Part shown: piece by piece, positions 1 to 9,072 of the stretch
Layout of the letters: every line of letters begins with the position of its first letter
Position numbering within the stretch: the stretch's first letter is position 1
From: an uncultured Methanomassiliicoccales archaeon
GTDB lineage: Archaea > Thermoplasmatota > Thermoplasmata > RBG-16-68-12 > EA-27
Assembly: GCA_964396265.1 (NCBI GenBank)
Contig: CAYNEM010000015.1
Coordinates: 1,182-65,181 of the forward strand
DNA length: 64,000 nucleotides
Direction: 5' to 3'
Notes under the pieces: model-generated
The model's database searches: none
The model's input: the letters and a program-made list of their open reading frames with translations, nothing else
Told to the model about the DNA's origin: nothing
Program-made: the position numbers and the translations under genes

Positions 1-2406
1 GTACCCATCCGAGGAGGCGCCCGGGAAGTTCCCCTGCCAGTAGTGATTGTAGTTCATGCGGATGCCGACGTACGTGCTCAAGTCGAACGTGCCCGTTTGG
101 ACGTTCGAGGTGCTGAAGTCGTTGTGGAACCAGTAGATGATCCCGCCGCGGCCCCCGAGGTTGGTGTCCTGCTGACAGCGCCATCCCGGCGGGGGCGACG
201 AGGACCAGCCCGGAGGCCATACCTGGCTGAAGAACGACCAGCTGCACTGCGACACGAGGTTGAAGTCGTTGAAGGAGAGCTGCGTTTGCGACTGAACCTC
301 AACCTTCAGGTGGTCGTCGTCTCGAACCTCGACCTTTTCCGGGAACGAGTCGACCGGCGTCGTCGTGGTCGGGTGGTCATCCTTGAAGATCTTCTTGATC
401 GGATCCATCTCGATGGGCATGGTCTTGAGCACCGGGTCCGACTGCCGCGAGCAGTAACGGATCGCGTTCGCGATCACGCGCGCGTAGTCGCCACCGATGC
501 TAATCGACGGGAAGTAATTCAGGCCGCAGGCCCGGCGACCGCCCGAGTCGAACTTGGTCGCACCGAACACGGTTCCGTCCGTCCAGTCCGCGATGCGCGT
601 CGCGCCCGATGTGACGCTAAAGAGCGGCTGGCGGTAGAACGCCGACACAGATGCGACCCCGTCAAGGAACGGGTGGCCCGGAACGTAGATCGCCCCGAGG
701 TTCGCGGTGAAGAACTGGACTCCGCCCCTCGGGAGCGGACTCTTCTCCGCCGCCCATCGGCCGCCGATACCAAACGTCGGGGTGCTGTGGAACCCGAAGG
801 CCATCATGACGATGCCGCCGCCTGTCGACCCGGCCGCGTCCATGAACTCCGCGAGCCGGTCGCCGACGGCGTTCGAGTTGGGGATCGCACCCCAGTTCGT
901 GCCGACGACGAGCAGATCGTATTGGGTCAGCTCGTCGAGCGTCGGAATCCGGTTCTGGCCGAGCGGGCCAAAGTCGAGGTCGTCGACCTTGATGCAGAAG
1001 TTCCCGCAGGCGTTCACGATGTTCGTACGGATGCCGGCAACGTCTCCCGTCCAGGAGTGCAGGATGAGCACACGCGCGCCGCCGCTGTACTTGGAGACGG
1101 ACTGCCACGGGCTCGTGGTCCCGTCGTGGAAGATCCAGCGGGTCTCCCAGGTGTCGTCCAGGCCCGGGTCGCTGAACTTCGCTATGAACCCGAGCTCGCT
1201 CCCCTCGAGTCCGGGGGAGGGGCTCGTGCCGACGTCGAACACGGTCGGCGCGACGTTGTTCACCTCAATCGCTGCCCGATCGGAGGTCGTGTCCGGAACG
1301 ACGAGAGTCTCCGTCCAGCGGAAGTCCATCATCAACGTGTACGAGGTGCTGAAGAACGTGCTCGGGAAGCAAAGGCCCGCCGAGAAGCAGTAGAACAAAC
1401 CCAACCACTGCACCTTGTCCGTGTCCGCCCTTGTGCTGACAAGACTGCCGTACTGCGTCGTCCTCTGCCCGATGATGTACTCCTGGCCGAGCACAAGGGT
1501 CACCGGGCTCGCCAACGTACACCAGTTCCACGAGAGTTGGATGTGCGTGGCCGTGCACTGACCAAGCAGGGTGCCCGCGGAATTCCAGATTCGCGATTCG
1601 AAGGACGTGTAGAAATAGTGGTAGTGCCCGAGCTGAGTCAGCTGGACGTTCGCCTTCGCCCGGAATCGGTTTGCGAAGGTAAAGGTACCGAATCCGATGA
1701 GGAACTGGATGGCACCCCAGGGGCCGTTCTCGCCCGTGTTGATCGTGATCGTCGTCGAGACGCCGTCCCAGCCCTGGACAACGAAATCGCCGTAGACGTT
1801 GTCGTAGAACGTCTTCGAGACGGTCGTCAGGGTCGTCCACTTCCCCATCAGGCCTCCGCCGGTCTGGTCGGGGAAGTCGAAGATGCCGTCGCCGTTGAAG
1901 TCGTAGCGCAGAAAGACGATCGTCGGGTCCTCAATCGAGACAGTGAACGTGAGGGTCTCTCCCTCCATCGTGTCCGGTCCGCCGTAGGGGCCGTTCGCAT
2001 CGATCTCGCCGCCGAGCCAGTGGCTCCGCGTGTCCATGTTCGTCACGGTGACCGTGCCGTCCTCGGATTCGAAGGTGAGGCTCATGTGCTCACGCATGTT
2101 GTCCCTCAGCTCCGTCTGGCTCACCGTTTCCACGGTCAGGCCGTCGGCCGACGTGATCTGGGCTTCTTCAGACCCAGAGATGGAGACGGGCCCGTCGGGA
2201 GTCGATAGGGCGACTTCCTCGGTCTCGCTCATGGCTTTCTGTTGTTCGTCGAAGGCCGACACCAACCGTCGGTCCTCCCCACGCGTCCCCTCATTCGGGG
2301 ATGCACCCACGACGCCAGGCCGCGCGTATGCGAAGCCCGCGAAGGCCCCGAGCATCAGTGCGACCACGATGCACAGGGCTCCTACCACCGTTCGCCAGTT
2401 TTTCAT
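1..2406 (-). CDS. Large secreted multidomain surface protein (signal peptide, PKD-like repeats, inserted alpha/beta domain); 3' end runs off the window
   Basis: Not in the ORF track because there is no stop in the window. Hand translation from ATG 2406: MKNWRTVVGALCIVVALMLGAFAGFAYARP (signal peptide), then DANGPYGG..EGETLTF..RYDFNGDGIFD and VEVRDDD (PKD-like). SD AGGAGGGG upstream. Confidence 0.8.
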   Translation of the reverse strand, partial: MKNWRTVVGALCIVVALMLGAFAGFAYARPGVVGASPNEGTRGEDRRLVSAFDEQQKAMSETEEVALSTPDGPVSISGSEEAQITSADGLTVETVSQTELRDNMREHMSLTFESEDGTVTVTNMDTRSHWLGGEIDANGPYGGPDTMEGETLTFTVSIEDPTIVFLRYDFNGDGIFDFPDQTGGGLMGKWTTLTTVSKTFYDNVYGDFVVQGWDGVSTTITINTGENGPWGAIQFLIGFGTFTFANRFRAKANVQLTQLGHYHYFYTSFESRIWNSAGTLLGQCTATHIQLSWNWCTLASPVTLVLGQEYIIGQRTTQYGSLVSTRADTDKVQWLGLFYCFSAGLCFPSTFFSTSYTLMMDFRWTETLVVPDTTSDRAAIEVNNVAPTVFDVGTSPSPGLEGSELGFIAKFSDPGLDDTWETRWIFHDGTTSPWQSVSKYSGGARVLILHSWTGDVAGIRTNIVNACGNFCIKVDDLDFGPLGQNRIPTLDELTQYDLLVVGTNWGAIPNSNAVGDRLAEFMDAAGSTGGGIVMMAFGFHSTPTFGIGGRWAAEKSPLPRGGVQFFTANLGAIYVPGHPFLDGVASVSAFYRQPLFSVTSGATRIADWTDGTVFGATKFDSGGRRACGLNYFPSISIGGDYARVIANAIRYCSRQSDPVLKTMPIEMDPIKKIFKDDHPTTTTPVDSFPEKVEVRDDDHLKVEVQSQTQLSFNDFNLVSQCSWSFFSQVWPPGWSSSPPPGWRCQQDTNLGGRGGIIYWFHNDFSTSNVQTGTFDLSTYVGIRMNYNHYWQGNFPGASSDGY

Positions 2407-2663
2407 CCGTTCCCCTCCTAAGGAGTCGGAAAGTCTACGGGTTACCCGAGAAAGCCAGCGCTCTTGCCGCTAGAGAAGGTTCTCATAATCCGTCCCCTGC
2501 TCCCGTGCTCAAACGCGTGCCCCCACGCAACCCCGGTGGTCATGAACCGGAGGCTATATAGTCTTAACGCACCGGCCCCGGCTCAATTCCGTCGGACTTC
2601 AATTCGGACTCTAAGGACGACCCCTTTTAAGGCGGCAACGCATTTTGGAAGGAGAAGGGAACG

Positions 2664-3920
2664 ATGAGCCGCCAGACGATGTCCGAGAAGATCCTCGCCA
2701 GGGCGAGCGGGAAGGCCCATGTGGCCCCCGGCGACATCGTCGACGCGACGGTCGACCTCCTCTACATGCACGAGATGCTCGCGATGGCCCTGGGCCCGTT
2801 CCAGGAGATCGGGCTCACGAAGGTCTGGGATCCGACGAAGGTCGTCGTCACCCTCGACCACTGGGTGCCGCCGCCCAACGAGCAGATCGCGAGGATGCAC
2901 CAGCAAATCCGGGACTTCTGCAGGAAGCAGGGGATCGTCCGTTTCCACGACGTCGGAGACCATGGGATCATCCACCAGCTGGTCGCGGAGCGCGGGTATG
3001 CCCGACCGGGCATGCTCATCATCGGCAGCGACAGCCACACGAACATGGTCGGAGCGTGCGGGGCGTTCGCGGCGGGCGTCGGGGCCACGGACGTGGCGGC
3101 GGTGATGGCCACCGGGCGGGTGTGGCTCCGCGTGCCGGAGACGATGAAGGTGGCGGTCGACGGTCACCTCGGGAAGCGCGTCTACGCGAAGGACCTCATC
3201 CTGAAGGTCATCGCCACGACGGGGGACGACGGTGCGCAGTACCAGGCCGTCGAGTTCCACGGGCCGACCGTGGGCCGGATGCCGATGGACGAGCGCTTAG
3301 TATTATGTAACATGACCACGGAGATGGGGGCGAAGGTCGGCATGGTCGAAGCCGACGCCACGACAAAGGATTATCTGGCCCACACCCGCGAGCCGGTGTC
3401 CGAGTTTGGGCCGGATGAGGATGCGGCGTACGGGAAGACGGTCCCGTTCGACGTCGGCGGCATGGGCCCTCAGGTTGCGTGCCCATCGAACCCGGCGAAC
3501 GTGAAGCCCGTCGAGGACGTCGCGGGCATCAAGGTCGACGTCGCGTTCCTCGGCTCGTGCACGAACGCTCGCATCGAGGACCTGCGGCTGGCGGCGGAGA
3601 TCCTGAAAGGGGAGCGTGTCGCCCCCGGGGTGCGCCTGCAGGTGACGCCTGCGAGTCAGGCGATCTACCGCCAAGCGATCAAGGAGGGACTCATCGAGGT
3701 CTTCCTCGACGCCGGGGGGACGTTCACCCAGAGCACGTGCGGGCCGTGTTTCGGCGGCCACCTCGGCGTCTTGGCGGCGAACGAGGTGTGCATCTCGAGC
3801 ACGAACCGGAACTATCCCGGCCGGATGGGTAGCCCCCAGGCGCAGGTCTACCTCGCTTCCCCCGCCACTTTGGCGGCGACGGCGATTTACGGCGTGATCA
3901 CCGACCCTCGCGGGGTTTAG
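2664..3920 (+). CDS. leuC: 3-isopropylmalate dehydratase/homoaconitase family large subunit
   Basis: TMSEKIL, DHWVPP, GSDSHT, GSCTN, CGPCFG and STNRNYPGRMG motifs. Upstream TATA (ttttaa) and SD (gaaggag). Substrate specificity cannot be determined by eye. Confidence 0.9.
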   Translation: MSRQTMSEKILARASGKAHVAPGDIVDATVDLLYMHEMLAMALGPFQEIGLTKVWDPTKVVVTLDHWVPPPNEQIARMHQQIRDFCRKQGIVRFHDVGDHGIIHQLVAERGYARPGMLIIGSDSHTNMVGACGAFAAGVGATDVAAVMATGRVWLRVPETMKVAVDGHLGKRVYAKDLILKVIATTGDDGAQYQAVEFHGPTVGRMPMDERLVLCNMTTEMGAKVGMVEADATTKDYLAHTREPVSEFGPDEDAAYGKTVPFDVGGMGPQVACPSNPANVKPVEDVAGIKVDVAFLGSCTNARIEDLRLAAEILKGERVAPGVRLQVTPASQAIYRQAIKEGLIEVFLDAGGTFTQSTCGPCFGGHLGVLAANEVCISSTNRNYPGRMGSPQAQVYLASPATLAATAIYGVITDPRGV

Positions 3921-4303
3921 GCGACGACACTCAATGCGAGCAGCGCATCGCTCTTCCGAAGGCTCCGGGCGTTCGGGTCGACTTCGAGCGCAAATCCTTC
4001 GAGGGTGTAGAGCCCCAGTACGTTGAAGTCCGAGGGTTCGGCGAACACGAGGAGGGTGTGACTCCGCTCTCCCAGGAGTTCGACCCATGCCTCGGCGACA
4101 GGCCTTTCTGGAAGATGGCCCTCCATGGTTCGGAACTTTCGTGTGGCCGTGGGAACGATGCCCAGCCGATGAGCCAAATCGCCAGGCACCCAGGTAAGGG
4201 AAGCACCCGTATCCACGAGGAGCTCGATGGTCTCGCTCCTCGACCTGTCCGGACTGAACACGGTGAGTCTCGCACGCACCTCTCCCATCGGCTCCGGGTT
4301 CAT
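3917..4303 (-). CDS. Retropepsin-like (clan AA) aspartyl protease
   Basis: LLVDTGAS catalytic motif and C-terminal VLGLYTLE flap motif; 128 aa. Confidence 0.85.
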   Translation of the reverse strand: MNPEPMGEVRARLTVFSPDRSRSETIELLVDTGASLTWVPGDLAHRLGIVPTATRKFRTMEGHLPERPVAEAWVELLGERSHTLLVFAEPSDFNVLGLYTLEGFALEVDPNARSLRKSDALLALSVVA

Positions 4304-4382
4304 CTCTTAGCTCATGGATGTTGCGACTACATGTACGTTGTCGCCAACAGCCTTATTCAGCGCCCCGACTTTGGCGGTCACG

Positions 4383-4892
4383 ATGCAGATGCGCTTCCGG
4401 GGCCGCGCGTGGTTGTTCGGCGAGGACATCTCCACCGACCACATCATCGCGGGCCGGTACCTCGGGACGACGGATCCGATGGTGTTCGCGGAACACTGCC
4501 TGGAAAACGTGGACCCGAACTTCGCGAAGCAAGCGAAACCGGGGGACCTCATCGTCGCCGGCCCGAATTTCGGCTGTGGTTCGAGCCGGGAGCAGGCGCC
4601 CCTCGCAATCAAGCACCTGGGGATCGCCGCCATCCTCGCGCCCTCGTTCGCGCGGATCTTCTTCCGCAACGCGATCAACATCGCCCTTCCCGTCCTCGAG
4701 TGCCCGGGGATCGAGAAGTCCGTGAGGGAGGGCGACGAAGTCGAAGTCGACATGGAACGCGGGGAGGTCCGGACGCCCTCCGAAGTCCTGAAGTTCAGGC
4801 CATTGCCGCCAAACGTCCTCGAGATCCTGCAGGCCGGCGGGCTCGTCCCGAAACTGAAGCGGGAATTGGCGGGAAGTCGAGCGAGTTCTTAA
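4383..4892 (+). CDS. leuD: 3-isopropylmalate dehydratase small subunit
   Basis: [33 protein letters not shown]. Start placed at ATG 4383 (4389 is an alternative). Confidence 0.92.
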   Translation: MQMRFRGRAWLFGEDISTDHIIAGRYLGTTDPMVFAEHCLENVDPNFAKQAKPGDLIVAGPNFGCGSSREQAPLAIKHLGIAAILAPSFARIFFRNAINIALPVLECPGIEKSVREGDEVEVDMERGEVRTPSEVLKFRPLPPNVLEILQAGGLVPKLKRELAGSRASS

Positions 4893-4919
4893 GACGGAAA
4901 GGCCTCATCCGCCGCCAAG

Positions 4920-6035
4920 ATGACCTACAAGATCGTCCTCCTCGCGGGCGATGGCACAGGCCCCGAGGTCATGCGTGAGGGCTTGAGGGTCCTGAAGGCG
5001 GCACAGGACGCGCACGGCCTCTCTTTCGATCTCATCCCGTATCCGTGCGGGGGCCAGTACTACCTAGAGAACGGGGAGGAGTGGCCTGCCGAAGCGTTCG
5101 GGTCGTGCAAGTCCGCGGACGCGATCCTCCTCGGGGCCGTCGGCCACCCGGAAGCGCACCTCCCGAACGGAGACCTCGCAGGGGCGGGCGTGATCTTCGG
5201 CCTCCGGTTCGGGCTCGACCTGTACGCGAACGTACGCCCGGTGAAGTTGTACCCGGGCGTGCCGCACAAGATCCACGACGAGTTCAAGCAGGTCTGGAAG
5301 TCGGACCTCGTGGACTTCGTCGTCGTGCGCGAGAACACGGAGGGATTGTACACGCCCGCGCGGGGGACGTTGTCCCGCGGCGGGATCGACGAGTTGGCGG
5401 TGGACTCGCGCATCATCACGCGGAAGGGCGCGGAGCGCGTGATTCGTTTCTCGTTCGAGCTCGCGACTCACCGCGACGGCGCGCCGAAGGACCGGAAGCA
5501 CCGGGTGACGTGCGTGGACAAGTCGAACGTGACCGCGGGGGACCGTCTCTTTCGAAAGGTGTACGACGAGGTCGCCGCCAAGTACCCGCAGGTCGAGCGG
5601 GACTACGCGTACATCGATGCGTTCACGCAGTGGATCATCCGTTCGCCCGAGTTCTATGACGTGGCGGTCGCGCCGAACGAGTTCGGGGACATCGCGACGG
5701 ACTTGGCGGCGGTCCTGCAGGGCGGGATGGGTATCGCAGCGGGCGGGAACATCGGGGACGCGCACGGGATGTTCGAGCCGATCCATGGATCCGCGCCGAA
5801 GCACGCGGGCCAGGACAAGGTGAACCCGATCGCGATGATCCTGGCGGTGCAGATGATGTTCGAGTGGTTAGGGAACCGAAAGAAGGACCCGCACCTGCTC
5901 GAAGCCGCCAAGGGCGTGGAGGCCTCCGTCGCGTCCGTGCTCAAGGAGGGAAAGACGCTCACGTACGACCTGGGCGGCACCGCCAAGTGCAGCGAGGTCG
6001 GGACGGCGGTAGCGAGGATGGTCGCCTCTGCTTAG
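4920..6035 (+). CDS. leuB: Isopropylmalate/isocitrate dehydrogenase family beta-decarboxylating dehydrogenase
   Basis: GDGTGPEV, RENTEGLY, VDKSNV, NEFGDI, FEPIHGSAP, NPIA. Confidence 0.85.
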   Translation: MTYKIVLLAGDGTGPEVMREGLRVLKAAQDAHGLSFDLIPYPCGGQYYLENGEEWPAEAFGSCKSADAILLGAVGHPEAHLPNGDLAGAGVIFGLRFGLDLYANVRPVKLYPGVPHKIHDEFKQVWKSDLVDFVVVRENTEGLYTPARGTLSRGGIDELAVDSRIITRKGAERVIRFSFELATHRDGAPKDRKHRVTCVDKSNVTAGDRLFRKVYDEVAAKYPQVERDYAYIDAFTQWIIRSPEFYDVAVAPNEFGDIATDLAAVLQGGMGIAAGGNIGDAHGMFEPIHGSAPKHAGQDKVNPIAMILAVQMMFEWLGNRKKDPHLLEAAKGVEASVASVLKEGKTLTYDLGGTAKCSEVGTAVARMVASA

Positions 6036-6060
6036 GTGAATCTGGATGTCGTTGGTCTCT

Positions 6061-6387
6061 TCAACTCGAGTCGAGGAAATGCTCTTCGGCGATCAGCATG
6101 ACCCTCAGTCCGCCCTCGACGCATTCCACCCGGAGCCGGCCAGCCGCCAGGGTCGCCGTTTTCCCGTCCGTGCCGAGGACTCCAACCATTTCGCTCACTG
6201 CGACCGCAATTCGCTCCGCGGTCGGGACTGCCACTTCCACTATCCCGTCCCGCACCTCCCCTCCGTCCAGGACCCGTCCTAACACCCGCCCCGTTCCCCA
6301 CACCCAACCGTTCCGCTCGAACGTCGCGGCGAAGGACGCGGCAATCTCCTCCACGTTCAGGGTGAGGGGCAACGCAACCGGATACAT
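6061..6387 (-). CDS. Hypothetical protein
   Basis: 108-aa ORF with protein-like composition that fills the gap; no motif recognised. Confidence 0.5.
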   Translation of the reverse strand: MYPVALPLTLNVEEIAASFAATFERNGWVWGTGRVLGRVLDGGEVRDGIVEVAVPTAERIAVAVSEMVGVLGTDGKTATLAAGRLRVECVEGGLRVMLIAEEHFLDSS

Positions 6388-6560
6388 GAACGCCCGTGTT
6401 TCTGGTTTCGAAATCGTCGGTCATCGACGAGAGCGCGTTCCCAATCCGGTGTGCCAAGTCCTCGAAGCGGCCACTTCGGGCCGCCATCGTGATCCTTCCG
6501 CACGAGACCCCTGACCCGGACACGCCGCACGAGCGCGACTCGACCCTGTCCGATAGCGCG

Positions 6561-6873
6561 TTACGCGGCCGCCTTCCGTACGTTCTTGTCTCCGTCACCG
6601 GTCACGACGCAGTTCAGTCGGTCCGCCTGCCGTGCCGCATTGTTTCTCCCACTGGAGCGGACGCAGGTTCGACGGCTCGTCCCCTCCGCCTCGGGATACG
6701 GGCGAGATGTGGTCGACGTCCCATCCATAGATGGAGCCATGGTTCCCGTACTGGTCGCGAGCAATCCACGCCCCGCATTCGTCCTTGCGCCATCGCTCGG
6801 GGCCGTACCCCGGCTGAGGCTTCGCCTTCTCCCACACCTTCTGGACTACGGCATCGGAGAATGACAATTCCAT
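6561..6873 (-). pseudogene. Small HNH endonuclease with a 1-nt frameshift
   Basis: WDVDHISPVSRGGGDEPSNLRPLQWE. Removing one A of the run at 6643-6645 gives ...QWENNAARQADRLNCVVTGDGDKNVRKAAA* ending at 6561. SD (AGGAG) before ATG 6873. Confidence 0.8.
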
Positions 6874-6883
6874 CGTCTCCTGG

Positions 6884-7330
6884 CTAGCGCAGCCTACCCT
6901 TGCGCTTCAACTCCAAGCCTTGGTTCATCATCTTGAGGAGGATGTCGACGAAAGCGATCATCCGGAATGCCTCGTCCTTCGAGTACCCTTGATCGAAATC
7001 GTGGGCGATCGGGTTCCGGATCGCTTGGACCGCGCCGCGGTAGAGGAAGTAAACACCTTGCTTCTCTGCGGCGGTCCGTCCGAAGTTCAGCATCCCTGTC
7101 TCGGGATGAAACGCCTTGTCGATCAGGTCCGTCCCTGTGACATCCGGGTCCGCGAGCACCGTATGGCGGACCTTCGTCTCGAGCAGGATGTATGCGTTCC
7201 GCACCGCAGTGTCGAACTGGCCGGCGCGGACTGGCTCTAAACACGCGGTGACGAGGTCCGTCTCGAACCCATGCTCCTCGAGGAACGCTGTCGCGAACCC
7301 GAGGCGGGCCCATCGGAGGTGGTCGCATAG
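6884..7330 (-). CDS. TIGR02391/Ymh-family HEPN-domain protein, probably 5'-truncated (start uncertain)
   Basis: AVRNAYILLETKVR, GTDLIDKAF, AEKQGVYFLYRGA and the RNPIAH (Rx4H) motif; no clean start codon with an SD. Confidence 0.7.
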   Translation of the reverse strand, partial: LCDHLRWARLGFATAFLEEHGFETDLVTACLEPVRAGQFDTAVRNAYILLETKVRHTVLADPDVTGTDLIDKAFHPETGMLNFGRTAAEKQGVYFLYRGAVQAIRNPIAHDFDQGYSKDEAFRMIAFVDILLKMMNQGLELKRKGRLR

Positions 7331-7344
7331 GGACCGCCCTCGTC

Positions 7345-7593
7345 GTGCCCGTCGCGCCGTTCCCGGACCTCCTCGCGCGGACGATGCCACTTGACAACCG
7401 CGGGTCGGGATCGTACACTGTGAGGCGCGCCGACTATCCACTCGGCATCGTCGAGATCCCGACCGGGAGCGAGCCGGCCACGACGCCCGCGACCCTGCCG
7501 ATCATCGCCTCCTCCCGGAGCTCCGTCCACGTCACGGGGGACAACTACGTCGCGTTCCCGGACGGGTTCGTCATCTGGTTCTACGCGCAGTGA
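7345..7593 (+). pseudogene. Probable C-terminal fragment of a secreted beta-rich protein
   Basis: High GC3 codon usage (GSGSYTVRRADYPLGIVEIP...VIWFYAQ). It lies back-to-back with the HEPN ORF, leaving no room for a promoter. Confidence 0.4.
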
Positions 7594-8920
7594 GGTCTCG
7601 AAGCTCCTCGTCGCACCGCGCAGCGAGGTCAGTGCTCCCGATTTCCGTGAATATCCGCCGCCCGGCCTCGAGCTCTGCCCGGGCCTCGTCCGCACGCCCA
7701 CGCCGCTTCAGCATCTGCCCGCGGTTGAAGCGCACGGAGGCTTCGATAAAGCGACCGTTCCCTTTCCGTGCCTCCTGCTCGGCACGATCGAAGGCCTCCT
7801 CCGCGTCCGTCCAACGACCGTACGCGGCGTACACGTTCCCGAGGTTCAGGTCGATGCCCCCGAGACCCGAGCGCTCGCCGAGATCCTCGAAGATCGTCCG
7901 GGCGCGGTGGAGGTACTGGTCTGCCTTCCGGAGCTGCCGCCGGTCGATAAGAGGCGCCGCCGCATTCGACATCGCGTACGCCTCCATCCGAATGTCCCCG
8001 ACGCGGCGTGCGACCTCGACCGCCTTCTCGAACCACGCGAGCGCGTCCGGCCGGTCCAGGCGGTAGCTCGCGCTCCCGCGGTTCACATACGTGCGGGGCA
8101 GGTCTTCCTCGGAGCCAAGGCGCTCGTATTCGGCCGCCGCCTCCTCGAGGAGGGGGATCGCGTCCGCAGACCGCCCCTGTCGTGCGTAGGCTCGCGCGGT
8201 CGCCTCCCTCGCCCGTGCCCGCCAGAGGGCGTCCCCGGAGCGCTCGGCGCGGGAGGCCACGGCGGCGAACCGTTCCAATGCCTGCGTCCATCGACTCTGA
8301 CGCGCGAGGCTTGAGCCAATCAGGTATTCCGCCTCGCAGGCCACGCTTGGGGCCTTCGCGGACGTCGCGAGTCTCAGCGCACGACGAAGCGCCTTCTCCG
8401 CCTCCTCTTGGACATCCCGCCGTTGCGCGATGCGGCCGAGCGCGAGCCACGCTTCCGCCTCGTGCCGGAGGTCCCCTGTCAGACGCGCGAGGCTGGCCAG
8501 GCGCGCTGCCGTGGCCTTCGCGGCGTCCCAACGGCCCCCGGCCGATTCGCGGTCCATCAGCAGCCGCAGGATCCGAATCCGACGGGGCGCCGTCTCGGCT
8601 CCACCCTCGCGCTCGAGACGCTCGTACTCCGCCGACAGCGCGTCGCGGGTGCCGGCGAGCAGGTCTGCGGTGCTCAGGAGGGTCCGGGCGAGGCGCTCGC
8701 CGTCGCGCGTCAGGCCGAGGTAGACGTACCTGCGGCCTCGGGTCCGCTCCTCTCGGTAGACGAAGCCGTGGCCTTCGAGTGTGTCGACTGCGGCGTAGAA
8801 CGCATCGTGGCTGACGCCGGTGTCCTTCTGGACCCGTGTCGTCGGGGTGTTTCCGTGCTCCAGCAGGTATAGGAGGATGTCTGGGGCGGCGATCGTTCGC
8901 AGGATGGACCCGAACGCCAC
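7571..8920 (-). CDS. Winged-helix + TPR-repeat transcriptional regulator
   Basis: N-terminal wHTH (ILLYLLEHG..AVDTLEGHGFVYREE..YLGLTRDG) followed by multiple TPR repeats (e.g. EAWLALGRIA, YVNRGSASY, LNLGNVYAAYG). Confidence 0.88.
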   Translation of the reverse strand: MAFGSILRTIAAPDILLYLLEHGNTPTTRVQKDTGVSHDAFYAAVDTLEGHGFVYREERTRGRRYVYLGLTRDGERLARTLLSTADLLAGTRDALSAEYERLEREGGAETAPRRIRILRLLMDRESAGGRWDAAKATAARLASLARLTGDLRHEAEAWLALGRIAQRRDVQEEAEKALRRALRLATSAKAPSVACEAEYLIGSSLARQSRWTQALERFAAVASRAERSGDALWRARAREATARAYARQGRSADAIPLLEEAAAEYERLGSEEDLPRTYVNRGSASYRLDRPDALAWFEKAVEVARRVGDIRMEAYAMSNAAAPLIDRRQLRKADQYLHRARTIFEDLGERSGLGGIDLNLGNVYAAYGRWTDAEEAFDRAEQEARKGNGRFIEASVRFNRGQMLKRRGRADEARAELEAGRRIFTEIGSTDLAARCDEELRDLTARRTR

Positions 8921-8954
8921 AGCCCCGGAAGGGGAGTCCCATGGAAAAACGTGT

Positions 8955-9005
8955 CCGATTCCGATTTCCGGAAGTGATCGCCCGATTCCGAAAACCGGAA
9001 TCGGG
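8955..9005. promoter_or_regulatory. Tandem palindromic operator in a divergent promoter
   Basis: Perfect CCCGATTCCG-aaaac-CGGAATCGGG (8981-9005) plus an imperfect copy CCGATTCCG-atttc-CGGAAgtga (8955-8977); TATA-like taagta follows at about 9013. Confidence 0.7.
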
Positions 9006-9072
9006 TACGGCTAAGTATAGGCCCTCGGATACCGCTCCCGCCGAAGCTGTCGACTTCGGGGAGGAAGAGAAC

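Noticed and set aside
43..2208. 721-aa plus-strand ORF
   Set aside because: Arg/Val-rich antisense shadow of the real minus-strand surface protein; typical high-GC artefact.
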